DNA from: an uncultured Verrucomicrobiae bacterium
GTDB taxonomy: Bacteria > Verrucomicrobiota > Verrucomicrobiia > Chthoniobacterales > Chthoniobacteraceae
Direction of reading: 5' to 3'
Assembly (NCBI GenBank): GCA_963828525.1
Contig: CAWHEP010000014.1
Coordinates: 1 to 64,000 of the forward strand
Length of the DNA: 64,000 bases
The notes under the pieces are model-generated. The model worked only from the letters and a program-made list of their open reading frames with translations. It searched no databases and had not been told where the DNA came from. Below, one piece after another: positions 60,387 to 64,000 of the stretch; the stretch's first letter is position 1, and every line of letters begins with the position of its first letter. Made by a program: the position numbers and the translations under genes.

Positions 60387-62063
60387 ATGGCCTACACTCT
60401 TGGAATCGACTTCGGCACGAATAGCGTCAGAGCTCTGTTAGTCGATTGCGCGGATGGGAAAGAAGTTGGCACATTTGTCGTTAACTACCCGAGCGGCGAC
60501 GAGGGTGTCCTGCTTCATCCCAGCGATCCCCATGTGGCAAGGCAGAATCCGGGAGATTACCTGTTTGGGCTGGAGGGATGCGTCCTGGGGGCACTTGCGC
60601 AAGCGGAGGGAAGTCCGGCATTTTCGGCGGCGGGAGTGATAGGAATCGGTGTCGATAGCACGGGATCCAGCCCCATCCCCGTCAATGAGGCGAATGTTCC
60701 CATCGCGTTCTCGGATGAATGGAAGGGCAATCTATCGGCGCAATGCTGGCTTTGGAAAGATCACACCAGCCACGCGGAGGCAGCAAAAATTACAGAAATC
60801 GCGGCGAGACATCGTCCGCAATACATTGCCAAATGCGGCAACACGTATTCGTCGGAATGGTTCTGGGCGAAGATATGGCACTGTCTAAACACAGCTCCCG
60901 ATGTTTTTGCCGCCGCCCATAGCTGGGTGGAACTCGCCGACTATATTCCATCGGTGCTTGGGGGCGTGACCGATCCGCTGCTAATCCGGCGAGGGATCTG
61001 CGCTGCCGGGCACAAAGCGCTCTACTCTGGAGAATGGGGCGGCCTGCCTGATGAAGAGTTTCTCGCGATGCTGAATCCGGAACTTGCAGCCCTGCGGGGC
61101 CGGCTTTACGCCGACGCCTTTGATGCCACGGAACCCGCTGGCTTTCTCTGCCCGGAATGGGCGCGGAAGCTAGGATTGCGGGCGGGGATACCCATCGCGA
61201 TCGGTGAGTTCGATGTTCATTACGGCGCGATCGGAAGTGGCATCCAGGAAGGCGTCCTGGTGAAAGCCATTGGAACTTCGACGTGTGATTGCTGTGTCGT
61301 TCCAGTCGGCAAACAGGTCATCGACATTCCCGGCATCTGCGGCATCGTGAACGGATCGATCCTGCCTGGCTTTTATGGTATCGAAGCCGGACAATCCGCG
61401 GTGGGCGACATTTTCAAATGGTGGGTTCAGGGCATTTGCGGAGGAGATGCTTCCCTGCACACGCATTTGGCAGAGCAGGCGCGCGAGCAAAAACCCGGAC
61501 AAGCGGGCTTGCTCGCGTTGGATTGGAACAACGGCAATCGCACGGTCCTGGTGAACCCGATGCTGACGGGGCTGCTCCTGGGACAGACCCTCCATACGAC
61601 GCGCGCGGAGATTTATCGCGCCCTGGTCGAGGCTACCGCCTTTGGAGCGCGAGTGATCATCGAGCGCCTGGAGGAGTATGGAGTACGCATCGATTATATT
61701 GTCTGCTGCGGAGGCATTGCTGAAAGGAACCCTTTCCTCATGCAGATCTATGCCGACGTAACGGGACGCGCGATGCGGGTCGCCGGATCGCCACAAGCTT
61801 GCGCTCTGGGCGGCGCCGTCGCAGCCGCAGTGCTGGCGGGCTCCGAGGCCGGTGGACACCCCGACTTTCCCACCGCGCAGGCGGTGATGACTTCGCTGAA
61901 GCCCGAGACATGGACGCCAAATCCTGAAAACAAACGGGTTTACGATCGCATCTATGCGTTGTACCTAAAACTGCATGACGCGTTCGGGTGGTCGCAAACG
62001 TCCGCCGATTTATCACGCATCATGCGTGACCTGATCCTTCTTCGACAGGAGCAGAACGCCTAA
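60387..62063 (+). CDS. araB: Ribulokinase
   Basis: GIDFGTNSVR, WKDHT, YSSEWFWAK, AAGHKA, GTSTCD, LDWNNGNRT. Confidence 0.93.
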   Translation: MAYTLGIDFGTNSVRALLVDCADGKEVGTFVVNYPSGDEGVLLHPSDPHVARQNPGDYLFGLEGCVLGALAQAEGSPAFSAAGVIGIGVDSTGSSPIPVNEANVPIAFSDEWKGNLSAQCWLWKDHTSHAEAAKITEIAARHRPQYIAKCGNTYSSEWFWAKIWHCLNTAPDVFAAAHSWVELADYIPSVLGGVTDPLLIRRGICAAGHKALYSGEWGGLPDEEFLAMLNPELAALRGRLYADAFDATEPAGFLCPEWARKLGLRAGIPIAIGEFDVHYGAIGSGIQEGVLVKAIGTSTCDCCVVPVGKQVIDIPGICGIVNGSILPGFYGIEAGQSAVGDIFKWWVQGICGGDASLHTHLAEQAREQKPGQAGLLALDWNNGNRTVLVNPMLTGLLLGQTLHTTRAEIYRALVEATAFGARVIIERLEEYGVRIDYIVCCGGIAERNPFLMQIYADVTGRAMRVAGSPQACALGGAVAAAVLAGSEAGGHPDFPTAQAVMTSLKPETWTPNPENKRVYDRIYALYLKLHDAFGWSQTSADLSRIMRDLILLRQEQNA

Positions 62064-62084
62064 CCCCCACAAAACGACCACAGA

Positions 62085-63582
62085 ATGCATCTACCGCCAG
62101 GAATCTACTCACCCGAAGTTAAACTCGGCCTTGTTTCCGCTTCGAGGAACTGCTTCCCGCGCGCTCTTTCGGAGGAGCGAACCGAGCGTTTATTGAAGGC
62201 CTGCAGCGAAGCCGGTCTGCATCCGCTTACACCGATCGGCGAAAGCCGGATCATCGAGACGAAGGATCACGCGAGAGAGGCCGCCCGGCAGTTGATGGAA
62301 GCTGGCTGCGACGCGGTAGTGTTCTTCCTGGGTAACTTCTCTCCGGAGATCGAGGATGCCTGTTTCATTAAGGCTTTCAGCGGTCCCGTGATGATGCTGG
62401 CCGCTGCCGAAGAGTCGGGCGCGAGTTTGCTCCAAAAGCGCGGGGATGCCCTGTGCGGACTGCTTTCCGCCGCGCTCGGAGTCAGCAAGCGGGGCTTGCT
62501 GGGGAAAGTGCATATCCCGGAGTGCCCGGTCGTGAGCGCCGAAGAAGGAGTTCGCGAGATCGCGCATTTCACAACGGTTGTCAAAGTGGTGAAAGGCACG
62601 AGGAACGCCACTGTAGGGCTTTTCGGGCCGCGCCCTCGCGATTTTGAGACATGCAACTATAACCTCGCGTCGGTAAACTCCATTGGAGTTGAAGTGGAGG
62701 AATTTGGATTGTTCGACCTCCAGAACGAGATTCGAGCGATTAAGGAAAAAGAGGACACAGCCCTCATCAGGGAAGACATGAAGAAGGAGATGCCCAGCAT
62801 CCCCGATGAGGAATTTGCGGGGCGGCTTTCGGCGTATGAGCAAGCTATCAGGAACTTCCGGGATCGGCTGAAGCTTTCGGGCATCGCGACGCAGTGCTGG
62901 TCCGAACAGGAGTTCAGCCTGAAGCATGTGCCTTGTTTCATAAACGGGCGCATGGCGGCTGCTGGTTTTCCCATCGCGTGCGAGAACGACTGTTATTCCC
63001 TCATCGCCGAGCTGTTGGGGCAGTACGCGTCAGACCACACGGTCACCATCCTGGACATCAACCATAGCATCCCAAAGGATTTGCATGAAAGCCTGAAGAG
63101 CTACCCCATCCGGGATATGGTGGGGATGTTCCACTGCGGCAACACTTCAAGCACGCTGCTGAAGGGGGCGGAGATGAAGCATCAGGTCATAATGAAGCGC
63201 CTCATGGAACCGGATACCGCGCCTGATATCACGCGAGGGACAATTGAAGGCCAGATCGCAGGATCCCCGATCACGGTTCTGCAAGTGCATGGCGTTGGCG
63301 ATCAGATGCGGGCCTACATTTGCGAGGGCCACTTCCTTGACCTGGATCCAAAGACCTTCGGCTGCACGGGGACGGCTTATCTCCCGGGGTTCAGCCGTTT
63401 CTACCGCCACGTGCTCCTTGGGCGTTTTCATCATCACGCCGCCGTGGCCTTCACTCACTGCGGCGCGGCCTTGTTCGACGCGTTCAAACTTCTTGGCTTT
63501 GCGGAGGTGTTCACTCCGTTGCCCGATTGCGCCGCCTTACCCTGGCGAAAACGTATTCCGAAGCGGTCTGCTTTCGAAGTAG
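62085..63582 (+). CDS. L-fucose/L-arabinose isomerase family protein; 3' frameshift near 63525
   Basis: SRNCFP, GPRPRDF, ACEND, DINH, FHCGN, FHHHAAV; corrected end YPGENVF...* at 63582. Confidence 0.8.
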
Positions 63583-63592
63583 CCTTCAATCC

Positions 63593-64000
63593 ATGGTTTA
63601 CGACGATCTCAAGAGTGAATGCTTCGAAGCGAACCTTCTCCTTCCAGAGTTCAAGCTGGTGGATCTCACGTTTGGCAACGTGAGTGTGGGCGACGCTGAC
63701 CTGGGCGTGTTCGCGATCAAGCCGAGTGGCGTGAGCTACAAAGCGCTGAAAGCCAGGGACATGGTTGTTGTGGATCTCGAGGGGAGGGTGGTTGAAGGCA
63801 GCCTGCGGCCCTCATCGGACACACCCACCCACATGAGGCTATTCCAGGCATTCACCGGGATCCGGTCGGTGGCGCATACGCACTCACGGAACGCAGTGGC
63901 CTTCGCCCAAGCGGGCCGGGGTATTCCGTGCTTCGGAACCACCCACGCGGACTACTTTCCTGGAGAGGTTCCCGTCACGCGGCTCCTGACGGCGAGTGAG
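63593..64000 (+). CDS. araD: L-ribulose-5-phosphate 4-epimerase (partial, runs off the window)
   Basis: Hand translation: EANLLLP...LTFGNVS...IKPSGV...PSSDTPTH...HTHS...GTTHADYF. Confidence 0.93.
   Translation, partial: MVYDDLKSECFEANLLLPEFKLVDLTFGNVSVGDADLGVFAIKPSGVSYKALKARDMVVVDLEGRVVEGSLRPSSDTPTHMRLFQAFTGIRSVAHTHSRNAVAFAQAGRGIPCFGTTHADYFPGEVPVTRLLTASE

Overview
GC-rich bacterial chromosomal window, most likely from Verrucomicrobiota of the Chthoniobacterales/Spartobacteria type. The evidence is a four-gene Verru_Chthon pilin-like cassette at the left edge and Pro/Thr-rich secreted proteins. About 20 genes are split by apparent single-base indels, which looks like uncorrected long-read error rather than real pseudogenisation. 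Most of the content is housekeeping or envelope genes: a heptose/nucleotide-sugar operon, exbB-exbD-TPR, uvrC, trpD, tsaB/tsaE/thiL, sppA, nnr, fabB-ACP, aroB, a Fur-family metal ABC plus NikMNQO-type operon, a PAP2/ArnT/GT2 module, trpC and araB-isomerase-araD. Two toxin-antitoxin pairs flank a tyrosine-recombinase remnant. The standout is a candidate RiPP locus at ~37.5-43.1 kb. It has four short paralogous peptides (51-64 aa), none called correctly by the ORF track. They share LDWS(K/T)LLAFD(Q/R)VK and TMFG(T/S)KxG(I/L) motifs and sit directly upstream of a stand-alone HExxH-type peptide-modifying enzyme. An ATP-grasp-like protein and a GT2 glycosyltransferase are transcribed divergently. 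The peptide pair arose by a local tandem duplication whose junctions are still readable. All family assignments are by motif recognition only; no searches were run.
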